The notes beneath the pieces were generated by a model. The model did no database searches and was not told where the DNA came from. It saw only the letters and a list, made by a program, of their open reading frames with translations. A stretch of DNA of 64,000 nt from Octopus vulgaris (lineage: Eukaryota): assembly GCA_951406725.2 (NCBI GenBank), contig OX597818.1, positions 81,716,001 to 81,780,000 on the forward strand, written 5' to 3'. Both the position numbers and the translations under genes were made by a program. Positions 38,891-52,634 of the stretch are shown piece by piece (within the stretch, counting starts at the first letter, position 1; each line of letters begins with the position of its first letter).

Positions 38891-39319
38891 TCTGGCTGTG
38901 TGGTAAGTAGCTTGCTAACGAATCCCATGGTTCTAGGTTAGGTCCCATTGCGTGGCACCTTGGGCAAGTGTCTCCTACTATAGCCTCGGGCCGACCAAAT
39001 CCTTGTGAGTGGATTTGGTAGACGGAAGCTGATAGAAGCCCGTGGTATATACGTATATATATAAATATAAATAAATATATATGTGTGTGTATGTGTGTGT
39101 GTATATTTGCGTGTCTCTTTGTCCCTCCAACATCGCTTGACAACCGATGGTGGTGTGTTTACGTCCCCGTCACTTAGCAGTTCGGCAAAACAGACCTATA
39201 GAATAAGTACTAGCCTTACAAAGAATAAGTCCTGGTGTCGATTTGATCGACTAAAGGTTGTGTTCCAGCATGGCTACAGTCAAATGACTGAAACAATTAA
39301 AAGAGTAAAAGAGTAAAAG
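38891..39319 (+). mobile_element. SINE family B, full-length, internal TA/TG microsatellite
   Basis: tRNA-like head, ccttgggcaagtgtct CORE-like segment, microsatellite 39046-39110, tail ending (taaaagag)n. Confidence 0.9.
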
Positions 39320-39517
39320 ATATATATATATATATATATGTAAATAATAATACTTTTTATAAGCTTAAAGCTTATTTACAATCACCGTGCATTAACTCCA
39401 TGATGACCATTTTTTTTTTATCAAGCAACTAGGTTGCATAGACAGAGATCATCTCGGCTCTGATCAGCGATTAGTGCACGACACTGGTTTTGCGTATATT
39501 TGCATCATCCTTTTTAA

Positions 39518-41400
39518 CCAGTTTACGGCGGATTTCATTCAGTTGCCTGTCTGTGCCAACGGTAATCGCCCCGATTCAGGTTAGCACTCAGTGCGAGTTA
39601 ACGTTTGGCGTATATTTACGTCAACCGCTTTAGTGCAAGTACTGTTTATATACCTAAATTATGTACTTGTGCAGGACGCTCATGCGGTATTATTCCTGAA
39701 TAAGATCACTCAACAGCACAAGTTTGATCAACTTATTTATTTACAATCACGTGAATTAAAAAACTGACTTTAGTGCGGTAGAATTCAAAACAGGGTACCA
39801 CACAGTGGCATATTACATTGTGAACAGAGGTATCTGGTTTCCTTACATTTCCCTTTGCTTTACATACTGTGCATCTCTTTCAAGCATTTGTCTTCTTGGA
39901 GGTGGGTAGAAACAGTCGTGGAAAATGCCCACGTCCCTTCACCCTGCGGTGTAAGTGAATCCGGCGTGGGAACGTCGACTCATTCTGTAATTTTGCAGGT
40001 CTGATACTTCTACCATTTCACGGAACAATAGATTCTTGAATGTCAATCCATCTCGCGCATTGCCAAGCATCTGCCGAATCAAGTGCGAGTTCATGACATA
40101 CATGACAATTATATGCAAGAAAATTTATTTGCATCTTTTCACAAATTTTCTCACCGATATTTGCATCGTCGCCAGCTGATCTGAACGATGGACCCCGCAT
40201 ATCCCTTCATTGTACGAAACAACTACACTCGGTTTCATTATGGCATTACCGTCTGTATCTTGTTTGCTAGTGTTCTTCATGTGTACAGAATGCATTGTGG
40301 ATAACATGCAGACGTGTTTCTTGTCACGTTACACTAGAGGGAGTATGCCACTATCAGTGCATCGTTACGCTGATTCCCCCTTTTGAAGTTTCATCTTTTG
40401 AAGTTCGTATGGCATGTTTTTCCCGTGCGTCGTCACAGTCTCACAGAAATTAATCCCCCTCGCTTGCAGCTTCAGGAAGACGTCTGGACTGGAAAACCAG
40501 TTGTCCATATAAATATTGTGGCCTTTGTCAAACAAGTTTTCATTCAGCGACAACATGACATCAGTTGACGCTAGAGTATACTCTTGAAGTTTCAATCTCT
40601 TCTGACCAGTGTAGATTTTGTAATTCCACGTGTAGCCAGCCAGTTGACTGGCATACTTTATAATCCTTGACTCCAAAGCGGGCATCTTTTTTCGGTTTGT
40701 ATTGTTTGAATCGGAGCCTTTCCTTAAATTTCCAAAAAAACTCTCGTCCTGTGTGGAAACACACACCGTTCTAACATTTTCAGTCACTTTGTCAACGATA
40801 GGACGTATTCTGTGCAGCCTGTCATCCTGGTTTTGGCCGAAGTTGAAATGTAGAAGAAGCGTCAAAAGTCGATCACGTGGCATCGGTTTCAGAAAGAAAC
40901 TCGTCGACGTAGCTGGTTACCGATTCTAATACCACTCCAGGATCGTTTCTCCACGATGCCCGTCAGTAATAGCAAAGCAAGCGAAACTTTGATTTTGTCA
41001 CCTGCGTTTGGAAACCAATCCCCGCCATGCCTGACTTTGACATGCTGGGGAAAGTTTTCAACAGTGTCACTCATTTCGTCCGCCCTATATTGGAATACTT
41101 CATCCGGCAAAACCTTGAGGAAGATTTCCGATCGCAATTTCCATGTTCAAGGTTTGCTTTTATGGCAGGTGTACGAGTAAACACAAGCCGTCCGACACCA
41201 GTAAACACAGGTGTTACCTGCCTGTACCTTTCGTTCACTGGTATATCATCATCGCTATCGGAATCATCCGATTTTGAACTAGGAAAATACTCACTCTCCG
41301 AGTCATCCGTAAGAACCAATTGGTCAGGTGGTGGAGCTTGGTGTAGTTTGGCGCGACGACCGTAAATTCGACGAAACAAGACACGACGACCATTTGAAAT
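39518..41400 (-). mobile_element. piggyBac-superfamily transposon, transposase pseudogene
   Basis: Acidic N-terminus (TDDSESEY..DDSDSDDD), MPRDR..LLHF..DRLHRIRP, DES..FK.RLRFKQYKPKK.ARFGVK, YMDNWFSS, KP.VV.SYN.G..GV..SDQ, C-terminal KRCTVCKAKGKCKETRYLCSQCNMPLC..PCFEFY; candidate end TTAA|CCAGTTTACGG at 39514-39518; many frameshifts. Confidence 0.9.
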
Positions 41401-41446
41401 GATAATGATATATTTTATAAACTTAGAGAACTTATAAACGAGTACC

Positions 41447-41498
<52 letters not shown>

Positions 41499-41794
41499 GA
41501 AAATAGATCACGGAGTGACCACCGTACACTACACAGGTACGGGCTGCCCTTTGGCAAGATGTAACCCCAGATTAGCGACCCTGCAGAGGAATATTGGACT
41601 CCAACAAGACGGATTGGGACGAGTCAGCAGAAGAACTCAATTGAACCATTGGTATTTCTTAAAAGGTAATCCTAGAAGATCAACGGTCAAGATCACCAAG
41701 CTGTATAAAGAGAGTAGCTGTAACTTATCCTTTGGGTCTGTAATAAAGGAACTAAATGGAGACAGAGAGTCAGGGGAATCCACGAAAGCAGCAG

Positions 41795-41835
<41 letters not shown>

Positions 41836-41845
41836 TATTGCTGCA

Positions 41846-41877
<32 letters not shown>

Positions 41878-42021
41878 TATATTAAATTAGAGATAAAACC
41901 GCTATTAGGCAAATCAAACAATGAAAAACTTAAGTTAATACATAAAATTAATTTATTTATTTATATTATTTTAAATATATATCAAAAGTATTAAACGTTT
42001 AATAAAAGATAATGAGTAAAA

Positions 42022-42090
42022 CACTACGATCGTTTCATGGCTGTCCAATTCGTAATAATTCGAGTTATGGTTACAGTCAATCTTCAGGTA
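42022..42090 (-). ncRNA. Hammerhead motif (copy in left arm)
   Basis: TAC-CTGAAGA-t-TGACTGT..ACAGCCA-t-GAAAC-GATC-GTA-GTG. Confidence 0.6.
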
Positions 42091-43343
42091 ATTGAAATAT
42101 TTATCTTAGCGAGGTTTAGCAATGAACTAAAATTTTGAATCGGAAAACGTCTTTACAGCGCTTATTAGAATACTCGTGGAATTACGTTATTAGCAAAAAA
42201 AAAAAGAAGAAATTGTTGAAGATTTCATTACGCGTGAGGAACCTACGTTTTATTAATGATTGTGAATGGGAAAATTATTTGTTTATCATTGTAAATAGAA
42301 TGAAGTCACAAATAAAGAATAAAATCTCTCTATTCTATAATATTATTTAATAAAATAACTATGATAAATGAAACTTAATACAAAATAAATTAAATGATTT
42401 AAATGATTAAAATCCACTAATTATTAAATATATTCTAAAAATCTTATAAGATTAATAAATATATAAAAATTTTGTATTGTATTGTAGCATGATTATAGGC
42501 ATTTATATATGTATTTATTATACGATATATATTGGTTGTGTGTGTATGTATATATGTGTATAAGATGATGTGTGTGTATATATATGTATATGTATATACA
42601 TATATTTATGTGTATGTGTGTATATATAGGTGTAAGTGTATATATTGAGTATTGTATGTATGTACATGTATGTATGAGTGTGCATATGTGTATGTGTGTA
42701 TGTGTGTGTATATATGTGTATATATATGTATGTATGTGTGTATGTATGTGTATATGTGCATGTATATGTATATGTATGTATATATATATATATGTATATA
42801 TATATGTATATGTATATATATTTTTTTTATATATTTATGAATACGTATGTATAGTTATACTACAAATTTTGATAAGTATTTATAGTTGTGGTTATCATCA
42901 CTAATTTTAGCTTATAAAGGCATGGGAAAGACTTTATAGTATGTTGAGGGGTTACTATATAAATACATTTTTATATATTTATTAATCTTATAAGATTTTT
43001 AGAATATATTTAATTATTAGTGGTTTTTAATCATTTAAATGATTTAATTTATTTTGTATTAAGTTTCATTTATCATAGTTATTTTATTAAATAATATTAT
43101 AGTATAGAGAGATTTTATTCTTTATTTGTGACTTCATTCTATTTACAATGATAAACCATTAATTTTTCCATTCACAATCATTAATAAAACGTAGGTTCCT
43201 CACGCGTAATGAATTCTTCAACAATTTATTCTGTTTTTTGCTAATAACGTAATTCCACGAGTATTCTAATAAACGCTGTAAAGACGTTTTCCGATTCAAA
43301 CTTTTAGTTCATTGCTAAACCTCGCTAAGATAAATATATCAAT

Positions 43344-43412
43344 TACCTGAAGATTGACCGTAAGCATAACTCGAATTATTACGAATTGGACAGCCATGAA
43401 ACGATCGTAGTG
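43344..43412 (+). ncRNA. Hammerhead motif (copy in right arm)
   Basis: TAC-CTGAAGA-ttgaccgt..acagccat-GAAAC-GATC-GTA-GTG; extended stem II, palindromic ACGATCGT stem III, GUA triplet. Confidence 0.6.
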
Positions 43413-43684
43413 TTTTACTCATTATCTTTTATTAAAATTTTTAATACTTTTGATATATATTTAAAATAATATAAATTAATTAATTTTATGTATTGGCTTA
43501 AGTTTTTCATTGTTTGATTTCCCTAATAGTGGTTTTATCTCTAATTTAATATAATATAATATTTTACTATAAAATTGGATTCAATCCTAAATCTGATTTT
43601 TCTCTGTAAGTTTGGATTTATTCCCTAATATTTTATTATATATATACTGCTACCTGCCTGTACCTATTATATATTTATGTAATA

Positions 43685-44050
43685 GGCACAGAAGTGACTG
43701 TGTGATAAGAAGCTTGCTTCCCATTCACATAATTCTTGCAAGTGTCTTCTACTATAGCCTCGGGTCGACCTAAGCTTGTGAGTATATTTGATAGACAGAC
43801 GGAAATTGAAAGAAGCTCGTCGTATATATATATGTGTGTGTGTATTTGTGTGTCTGTTTGTCCCCCCACCATCGTTTGACAACCGATTTTGGTGTGTTTA
43901 CCTCCCCGTAATCTAGCGGTTCGGCAAATAAAACGGATAAAATAAGTAGCAGGCATACAAAGGACAAGTCCTGGAGTTGATTTGTTTGACTAAAGACGGT
44001 GCTGCAGCATGGCTGCAATCAAATGACTGAAAGTGTTAAAAAATAAAAGA
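43685..44050 (+). mobile_element. SINE family B, near full-length
   Basis: Same head, microsatellite and tail layout as 38891-39319. Confidence 0.85.
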
Positions 44051-44132
44051 ATATATGAATATATATATATATTTGTGTATGTATATATACATGCATATAT
44101 TTATGTATGTGTATACATATATGTATGTGTAT

Positions 44133-44163
<31 letters not shown>

Positions 44164-44171
44164 ATTTTATA

Positions 44172-44219
<48 letters not shown>

Positions 44220-45761
44220 CATACATGTGTATAATGTATGTTAGTCTCATTTTATCGTCTTACTTTACGATATTACAATTTCTGCAAATGCTTCCAGTTG
44301 CAGTTGTTTGGAGACATATTAATGTCTCTGAACTATCATGATGCCATTATTTGCATGAAGAGTTGCCGGTGTATGTGTGTGCGTGTGACTTATATTATAG
44401 CAGGTTAGGGGTTTGATATCACCGCTGGAATTTGAAATTTGTTTGCTGAATTTGTCAGAGTGCTCTGTTTCTGCGTCACATTAGTGTATATTATATTAAA
44501 TGCTTGCATTAGAATTTTATTGTCTTCAGTGTATTATTACTTCGATCCTTAACTTTTTTTGTTTTTATGAAGAATCCTCTACAGGATACATGTGTTTTTA
44601 ACTCATATTTCCCCTTTGTGGTTTCTGTTGCTAGTCGTGGCACGTTACAATCACTGTTTATCCTTGTATCACAAATAACACAGTTGTAATCGTGTTGTTT
44701 ACAACTTTCATATTACAAAATATTAGCATGTTTTTAGACTTGCAATCTTTAATGGTTTCTTGTAATGATTTTTTAAATATTTTGTTTCACAAGGTTATTA
44801 ACAAGGTTATGACATTTTCTAGTTAGTTTGCAGTTGATTCATGCTATACACTACACATTATTTATATATAAGTGTTGTGACTGAATCTGTTTATTGTGTG
44901 TTATTTCTAACTTGTTTGTTCTTTCCTTTGTCTACTAGTTCTTTGAAAAAAAATAACTATACTTGATTAGTGATTGTTTTATTCTGTAGATTTGCTTAAG
45001 TGGCGCTTCGTTAGTAACGACAATAGTTGAAATTCTCATATATACAAGATGAGAAATGATATTCGTCATTCATGTGTGCACTTATATTCTCTTTATAAGC
45101 ATGTGTACTTCCTATGTATTTGTATAAACAAACGAAGTACATCTGTTATTTATTTGACTACGCATGTTAAAGGTGAATTCACTCCCAGACTATATCTCAC
45201 ACGTACACATACTCATACGATATTCCAAAGACACGTTGACATCCACGTATAGTCGTACGCACACATACGCGCGCACGTATTCATACATACACACACAAAT
45301 ACACACGCAAACATTCATACACACACACACACACACATACACATAAACAACATATAAGCAAATGCTACCAGTACACTTAAAAACATCCATGTGTTCACAT
45401 TCTTTTAGATACACACCAATTGAGGGAAGCAGTTTTAAGGGAAATAGATATATTGCAACGCATTTACAACTACTCGTATCCACACACACGAACACACACA
45501 CACTCGTACACACGCACACACACACACACACTTCTGTACACACATACACACGCATATGCACGTACATTCAGAGGTACTCCTACACACACAAAAATTTTCG
45601 AAATAAATAAATATATATATAAATATAAGCATTACGTAACATAATCAAAACAATGTACAGCGGTGACATAAGCCAGCGGTCATCAAGATTTTTGTTTTTA
45701 AGATGCAGAGACGCAGTCGTGGCTCTGTGGTGGTTAAGAATCTCGCTTTGGAATCAGGCAG

Positions 45762-45992
45762 TTTTTACTTATTTTATCTTGGGGCTGGCCAGATTGGAGC
45801 AATCTCGAGTATAACCAGCCGAAATTGCAAAGATAATCTGGAACTCGACTGAGGATAAAAAAACTCCGAATTATCCGTCCTTGTTTTCCTTGTATCGTCT
45901 GTCTGGATATTTTGGGATTATTCTATTTCTCTACCTCCACCTCCCTCTCTTCTCTCTCCACGTGACCGGTGTTCGGCCAGGCCTGACCTTTC
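45762..45992 (+). mobile_element. Family P1 composite fragment inserted in a SINE B head (45712-46085)
   Basis: 45762-45913 is a near-identical reverse complement of 47977-48126; 45920-45992 is the reverse complement of ~48356-48423. Confidence 0.75.
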
Positions 45993-46459
45993 TGTACAAT
46001 CCCACTGTTCAACACTCTGTGCAAGTGTCTTTTACTATAGGCTCGGGCCAAACAAAGCTTTGTGAGTAAATTTGAAGATCGGAACCTTCTAGAACCCTGT
46101 CCTTTGTATACAGACACACACAGTCACATATACACACATATGTATTTATACGTACGAGTGAATGGAGAAAAGAAAGAAAAGGACACTAAACAGTGGAAGT
46201 TGGAGTTGCATGTATTTCTCCATTCAGGAATCTCGAGCCTGAATGAGATGGACCACTCGTAGGGTATCTGCGAAACTTTAAATCGCAGGGTACAGAATCA
46301 GAAAGCTTTGAGTACTATACATATATATGCATGAGGATTTGCCTGGGATTTGTAATCTACTTAAATTTACTGATATCTGATTCTTGAAAATTTAAACTTA
46401 TTCCTATATACTGAGTTCTTAATTGATATCTGCGAGGATTTTAAAAATCCAGCTTTTGC

Positions 46460-46568
<109 letters not shown>

Positions 46569-47286
46569 TATATATACTGACACTGCTACATGCGTTTATT
46601 TTTCAACCAGGTTACGGTAACAAAAGGTGTCGGTGAAATGCAAAGGTAAATACACAAAAACACATACATGAACAAACATACTCACACATATTTATGCGTG
46701 TGTCTGTGTATACCAAAGTAATACGCATATCCACCAGACAAGTTCAAGTTATGTATGAGCAAAAACGTGCATATTTATACACACAAACCTATTCAGACGT
46801 CCACGAATACCAACACCTGTCACTAGGACAGTGGCCTGTTTGAAATCTCCAAATGACAAAACTTAAATCCTAAAGAAATTATATAAATGCAGAATTAAGA
46901 AATGAAGGATATCGAACGAATATTAAGTATACCGGTGGTGAACATTTATGAGATTCGTGCATCATATCGCACACTTAATAACCAAATCACAACTGAGTTC
47001 ACAACACTAAAAATCTCCTGACTAATAGTGGCAGTTGTGACGGTTTGCAAACCCACCGATGTGAAATACTGCTTCACCACTCCAGAGGATACTCTTAAAG
47101 AGATCAGACCATGTTTGTAGGAGGACTTCTAAATTTGAAACAAAATAATCGATCTGAAAAAAAAAAATAAACAACATAGAATCAATTACCATACATTGTA
47201 GAACATACAGAACAAATTTGAGGAAAAAATTATAGTTGATAAATAAATTATAAGTATTTTAAAATAGTTATTTTTCAATCATTCTG

Positions 47287-47374
<88 letters not shown>

Positions 47375-47375
<1 letters not shown>

Positions 47376-48452
47376 ATAAAATACAAAAATGGGAAAGAAC
47401 GCAAATTATCCAGAGACGATACAAGGAAAACAAAGACGGATCATTCGGAGTTTTCTATCTTCAGTCGATTTCTAGATTAAGCTGACGTGTGTGGAAGTAA
47501 AGTTTTTACGGTAGGGTCATAAGATTTAACAAGCACAGGAAGGAATATAGATATAGACAGTAGTCCAACCAAGAAAGAAAGTTCAGGCCTGGCCGAACAC
47601 CGGTCACATGGGGAAAAAGAGAGGGAAGTGGAGGTAGAGGGATTGAAGAATTAAGGAGGGGGCGAGAGAAAAATGAAAGAGGCACAGTGAATGGAAAGAG
47701 GGAAAGTGAGCATGAAGAGAAGGCCGGGAAATGTGAGGGAGGGGGAACGAAAGAACGAAGAGTGGAATGAACGAAGTGTCAAAGGGCTGAAAGAAAGAAT
47801 GAAAGAATGAAAGGATACAAAGAACAATAGAGTCGTACGAAATTTAGATATATATATACATACATATAAGAGACCAAAGTGTACGTACGCAGCTATATTT
47901 TATATATAAAAGATACAAAAATGGGACAAGAACGCAAAACATCCAGACAGTTAGGTGAAACAAAAAACAAGGAAAACAAAATATCCAGACAGACGATGCA
48001 TAGAAAACAAGGACGGATAATTCGGAGTTTTTTATCCTCAGTCGAGTTCCAGATTATCTTTGCAATTTCGGCTGGTTATACTCGAGATTACTCCAATCTG
48101 GCCAGCCCCAAGAAAAAATAAGTTAAGAGCGTTACATTCTTTGAAAGAAAGCAGCGAATGTATACGAAACTGGGACGAAAAAAAACAGAAATGTTACACA
48201 AATATAATACAGGACATAACAACAGGTGTCTTTCGACTAAGGACGAATTAAATCAAGCTGGCGTGTGTGGAAGTAAAGCCTTGCGGCAGGGACATAGGCT
48301 TTAACAACCACAGGAAGGAATATAGATGTTGCACGGGCAATAGTCCAACCAAGAAAGAAAGGTCAGGCCTGGCCGAACACCGGTCACGCGGGGAGAGAAG
48401 AGAGGGAGGTAGAAAAATAGAATAGTTAAGGAGGGATGAGAGAAAAATGAGA
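47375..48452 (-). mobile_element. Family P1, two partial tandem copies
   Basis: atacaaaaatggga.aagaacgcaaa..atccaga at 47381 and 47913; agtccaaccaagaaagaaag.tcaggcctggccgaacaccggtcac at 47562 and 48342. Confidence 0.8.
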
Positions 48453-48711
48453 CATGTACACACGCACACATATATGCATGTTTGTATTATGTGTTTTTAT
48501 GCCGATTTTTTCCCATTAAACAAAGCTTGAAAACCAGTGTTGGTGCGGTTATGTTCCCGTAATCTGGCCATTCGTCAGAAGAGAACCTGATCGATTAAGT
48601 ACCACGGTTAAAACAATCAATATGTACTGGATTTGATTCGTTCAACCAACATTCTTAAAGACGGTGCCCCAACATTGCCGCAGTCTAATCAGTAAAATAC
48701 ATAAACTGTAC

Positions 48712-48744
<33 letters not shown>

Positions 48745-48750
<6 letters not shown>

Positions 48751-48975
48751 AAAAATTAAGGGTAAAAATTGATGTTAGTCAATTAAAACCAGTGGTCTAG
48801 CACATTAAAAAGAATCCGAGGATTAAAATATTTATATATACCAATTAAGGACTGAACACGAAAGGTGGACAGTCAACATGCTAGATATAGACGTCAAATC
48901 GCCATTCTCCACAAATGGCGATTTGACGTCTATATCTAGCATGTTGACTGTCCACCTTTCGTGTTCAGTCCTTAA
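48745..48975 (-). mobile_element. (TA)n-flanked PLE-type terminus ending in a perfect 62 bp hairpin
   Basis: Arms 48845-48906 / 48914-48975, 7 nt loop ctccaca; unpaired tail resembles 33121-33190 (aagggtaa...accagtgg.ctagc). Confidence 0.65.
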
Positions 48976-48976
48976 G

Positions 48977-49013
<37 letters not shown>

Positions 49014-49072
49014 TATATGCACATACATATATATATATATATGCATATATATATATGTATGCATATATATAT

Positions 49073-49114
<42 letters not shown>

Positions 49115-49782
49115 CACACAAACACAAACACACAAACACACGCAAACACACAAACACACAGACGCACACATATACATGTATATTTGTATATATATATACA
49201 TACATACACACAATTGTATGCATACGAATATGCTTATATATATATATATATATATACATATATACAGGCACACACACACATACACCACATATATATGCAC
49301 ATACATGTATGCAAGCATACATGGATGCATATTGTTTTCAACAAACCAATCCTTTTGCAAAGACCAATACTCCTCCCAAAATAAACATATTTTCCTAATA
49401 ATTTTTATTCCTACCGATTCCATTGAAATCATTGTTATCCAAAATATCAACAAAGGCGTATTGCGAGTAATATTATTTTTAGTTTAGTTTAGACTATAGC
49501 TTTCAATAGTATTTCCTAGGACATTTTTATTTCATTTCTTTCCGTATCCTTTCCAGATGTCCTACACAATACCCCCACACACACACACACAACACACACA
49601 CACACACACACACACTCACGCACACACACATGCACATACACATACTCAAACGCGCACACGCACACACATAGACGCATGCACACGCGCACAGAATTACAAA
49701 AGTATACATTCACACACATGTATATATATAAATATATAAGCATTAATTCACACATATTATTTATCGTAATCTTTATACACAC

Positions 49783-49828
<46 letters not shown>

Positions 49829-49984
49829 CAGGTATCTATATAAACATGTGTATACATATGTACATAAATATATGTATCTGTATATATAAATATATATGTG
49901 TATATATGTGTGTGTGTTTATATATATTTATGAATACACATGTACATAAAATATATCTCTATATCCGGGTATTTACACACACAT

Positions 49985-50076
<92 letters not shown>

Positions 50077-50206
50077 ACACATATAAATAAACACACGCAC
50101 ACACATTTATATACACATAATACAATTCGCATTCTCGTAAAGTTTTATTTCGGATTTCTTTATATTAGACATGGGAGGTGTATGCTGATGCGAAAGGTAC
50201 AAAGAG

Positions 50207-50238
<32 letters not shown>

Positions 50239-50564
50239 AATAACAGGTTTCTGTCCTTCACAGATGACTATAAAAGTAAAATTCAACAATGACGTACTTC
50301 GCTAAGAAGTCTTTATAATTGAATGAGAAAAACTGGAGAGAGACTCTTCTGTGAGTTTGAGTTCGTCTGTATGTGTGTATGTGTTTGCGTATCTGTTCGT
50401 GTAGTGTGTGCGTGTGTGTGTTTGTGTGTGTGTGTGTGCGCGCGTGTTTGTGTGTCCTCTCACGGATGAAATACACTCCACATGTGTGTAGAAAGTTGGT
50501 GTGTATATGTACATGTTGAGCTACATCTGTATATAAATAGCTCACTACACACATGTATGAATAA

Positions 50565-50855
50565 GATCGTGTGGTTGTGAGCTCGACTCCCGGACCGGGC
50601 TGTATTCTTGAGCAAGAACTTTATTTCACATTGCCCCAGTTCACTCAGCTGTAGAAATGAGTTGCGACGTCACTGATGCCAAGCTGTATCGACCTTTGCC
50701 TTTCCCTTGGATAACACTGGTGGTGTGGGGAGGGGAGGCCGGTATGCATGGTCGACTGCTGGTCTTCCATAAACAACCTAGCCCCGACTTGTACCTGGGG
50801 GGGGGTAACTTTCTAGGTGCAATCCCATGGTCTGTGCCGTGAACGAAGGGGTCTC
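50565..50855 (+). mobile_element. SINE family D (V/Meta-like domain)
   Basis: gctcgactcccggaccggg...cttgagcaagaactttatttcacattgccccagttcactcagctgtagaaatgagt. Confidence 0.65.
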
Positions 50856-50924
50856 AGATGTCGTCGTGATAGATCGTTAGCCACAACACACATTTTTTTT
50901 TCTCTCCTTGATTTTTCTGTGTCC

Positions 50925-50960
50925 CTTTCTGTAGAAGAGCGTAGGCTCGAAACGTAAAAG
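50925..50960 (+). ncRNA. Minimal hammerhead-like motif (one core mismatch)
   Basis: CTTT-CTGtAGA-a-GAGC-gtag-GCTC-GAAAC-GTA-AAAG; ACGT palindromic stem III; ~90 bp upstream of (TA)n. Confidence 0.5.
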
Positions 50961-51047
50961 ACTTTTCTATTCCTGAGCGTTATACTAATACAACGGTTTG
51001 TTTTGTAAACCACCTGTCTTCGTCTTTTTTTTTTTTTTGTAAACTCT

Positions 51048-51092
<45 letters not shown>

Positions 51093-51189
51093 TATATACA
51101 TATATATATACATACACTTACTCTCTCTCCCTATATGTATACACACACACAAGCACACATAGGCACACTCACACACACATATGTAAATA

Positions 51190-51450
51190 TCCTATAGATC
51201 AGTAGTAGTATGCCTTCTTTTAAAGGTTATGGTGTTTTTCTCAGGTGAGATATATCAGTTATGGCCCCCTATTATAGATAATACTAATAGATTTTTGGAA
51301 AGAATAAATAAACTGTTAAGACAGTTAGTAAAACAAGGGTATAGATATGATACATTAGTTAAATTACTTAATCAATGTTTAGGTGGAAGACTAGAAATAT
51401 TAAATAAATATGGTGCAACATCTAGCCTTCAACTTAGTAAATCATTATTG
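51190..51450 (+). pseudogene. Penelope-like RT thumb C-terminal remnant
   Basis: P.ISSSMPSFKGYGVF.SQV.Y...NTNRFLERINKLLRQLVKQGYRYDTLVKLL matches SNIP...YGV..SQL.RY...F..R...L...L..QGY of PLE RTs. Confidence 0.65.
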
Positions 51451-51666
51451 CTCACAGAGCTAAATATAGAGGGGACAAACAAGGACAGACAAAGGGATAA
51501 GTCGATTACATGGATCCAGTGCGTAACTGGTACTTATTTAATTGATTCCGAAAGGGTGAAATACAATGTCGACCTCGCCGGAATTTGAACAGAGAACGTA
51601 ACGGCGGACAAAATACCGCCAAGAATTTCGTCATGTGTGCTAGCGTTTCTGACACCTCGCCGCCTT
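51450..51666 (-). mobile_element. SINE family A, tail A
   Basis: ggggacaaacaaggacagac...gcgtaactggtacttatttaa...gtcgacctcgccggaatttgaac. Confidence 0.8.
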
Positions 51667-52052
51667 AGTAAATATTTGTAAGTGTCTGGAGTGTTTACAA
51701 GTAACTCTAATTCCATACTACTTCACTAAAATGGTTAAAGACAATTGAGAAAGTAGTGAATTAAGGACTACGTCATCAATAGTTATGACAGTCTGTTGAG
51801 AATATAGTTGACAGAACTTAGTGTATCCATATAACATGTAAGTGATAATACTATATACTTGATATTATCTTGTGTGTATCTGAGGGAGAGAGGGAGTGAG
51901 AGACTGAATCCTAAGTTTAAAATGATGGTAATGATGATGACGATACTTATGATGGTGATGAACAAGAAAAGGAAGAAGACGAAAGAGGAGGAAAAGGATG
52001 TGTGGCCTGCCTTTGTTCGTGCGATGTATGCATATAATAGCAGATTCGGAAG

Positions 52053-52100
<48 letters not shown>

Positions 52101-52101
52101 A

Positions 52102-52241
<140 letters not shown>

Positions 52242-52526
52242 TCATTGACGTATACACACAGAGGTATAAATAAAAATGTTTAGTTAGTGGGAGGACCATC
52301 ATATCGACTTCCCTGTCCAACTGGTACTAATTCGCTCTAGTTGATAATAATCATAGGCTAGAACGACATGGACGGAATTTGAACTCAGAACGTAGCGACG
52401 GGCTAAGCATGTAGTCCAGTGTGCTACGAATTCTGCCAGCTCGCCGCCCTGATAATAATAATAACAACAACAACAACAATAATAACAATGATAATAATGA
52501 TGATAATAATGATGATGATGATAATG

Positions 52527-52594
<68 letters not shown>

Positions 52595-52634
52595 CTCAGT
52601 ATACAGTTGTCAGAGATCAACAAGGAAAAAATGA

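Larger units (their letters stand above)
41877..43640 (+). mobile_element. Long PLE-type fold-back element, family P2
   Basis: ~600 bp inverted arms 41877-42478 / 42962-43554 around a TA/TG-rich spacer, plus an unpaired 3' tail 43555-43640 homologous to 35871-35955. Confidence 0.85.

Noticed and set aside
44240-45040. Possible decayed retroelement ORF on the minus strand
   Set aside because: A-rich strand bias but no convincing motif series
45857-45890. Canonical hammerhead in the P1 terminus
   Set aside because: CTGANGA and GTC are present, but GAAA is GAAT and stem I does not pair; kept only as a variant hypothesis
46227-46257. Small hairpin cattcagg/cctgaatg
   Set aside because: Short stem; could be a PLE hammerhead remnant but no core is visible
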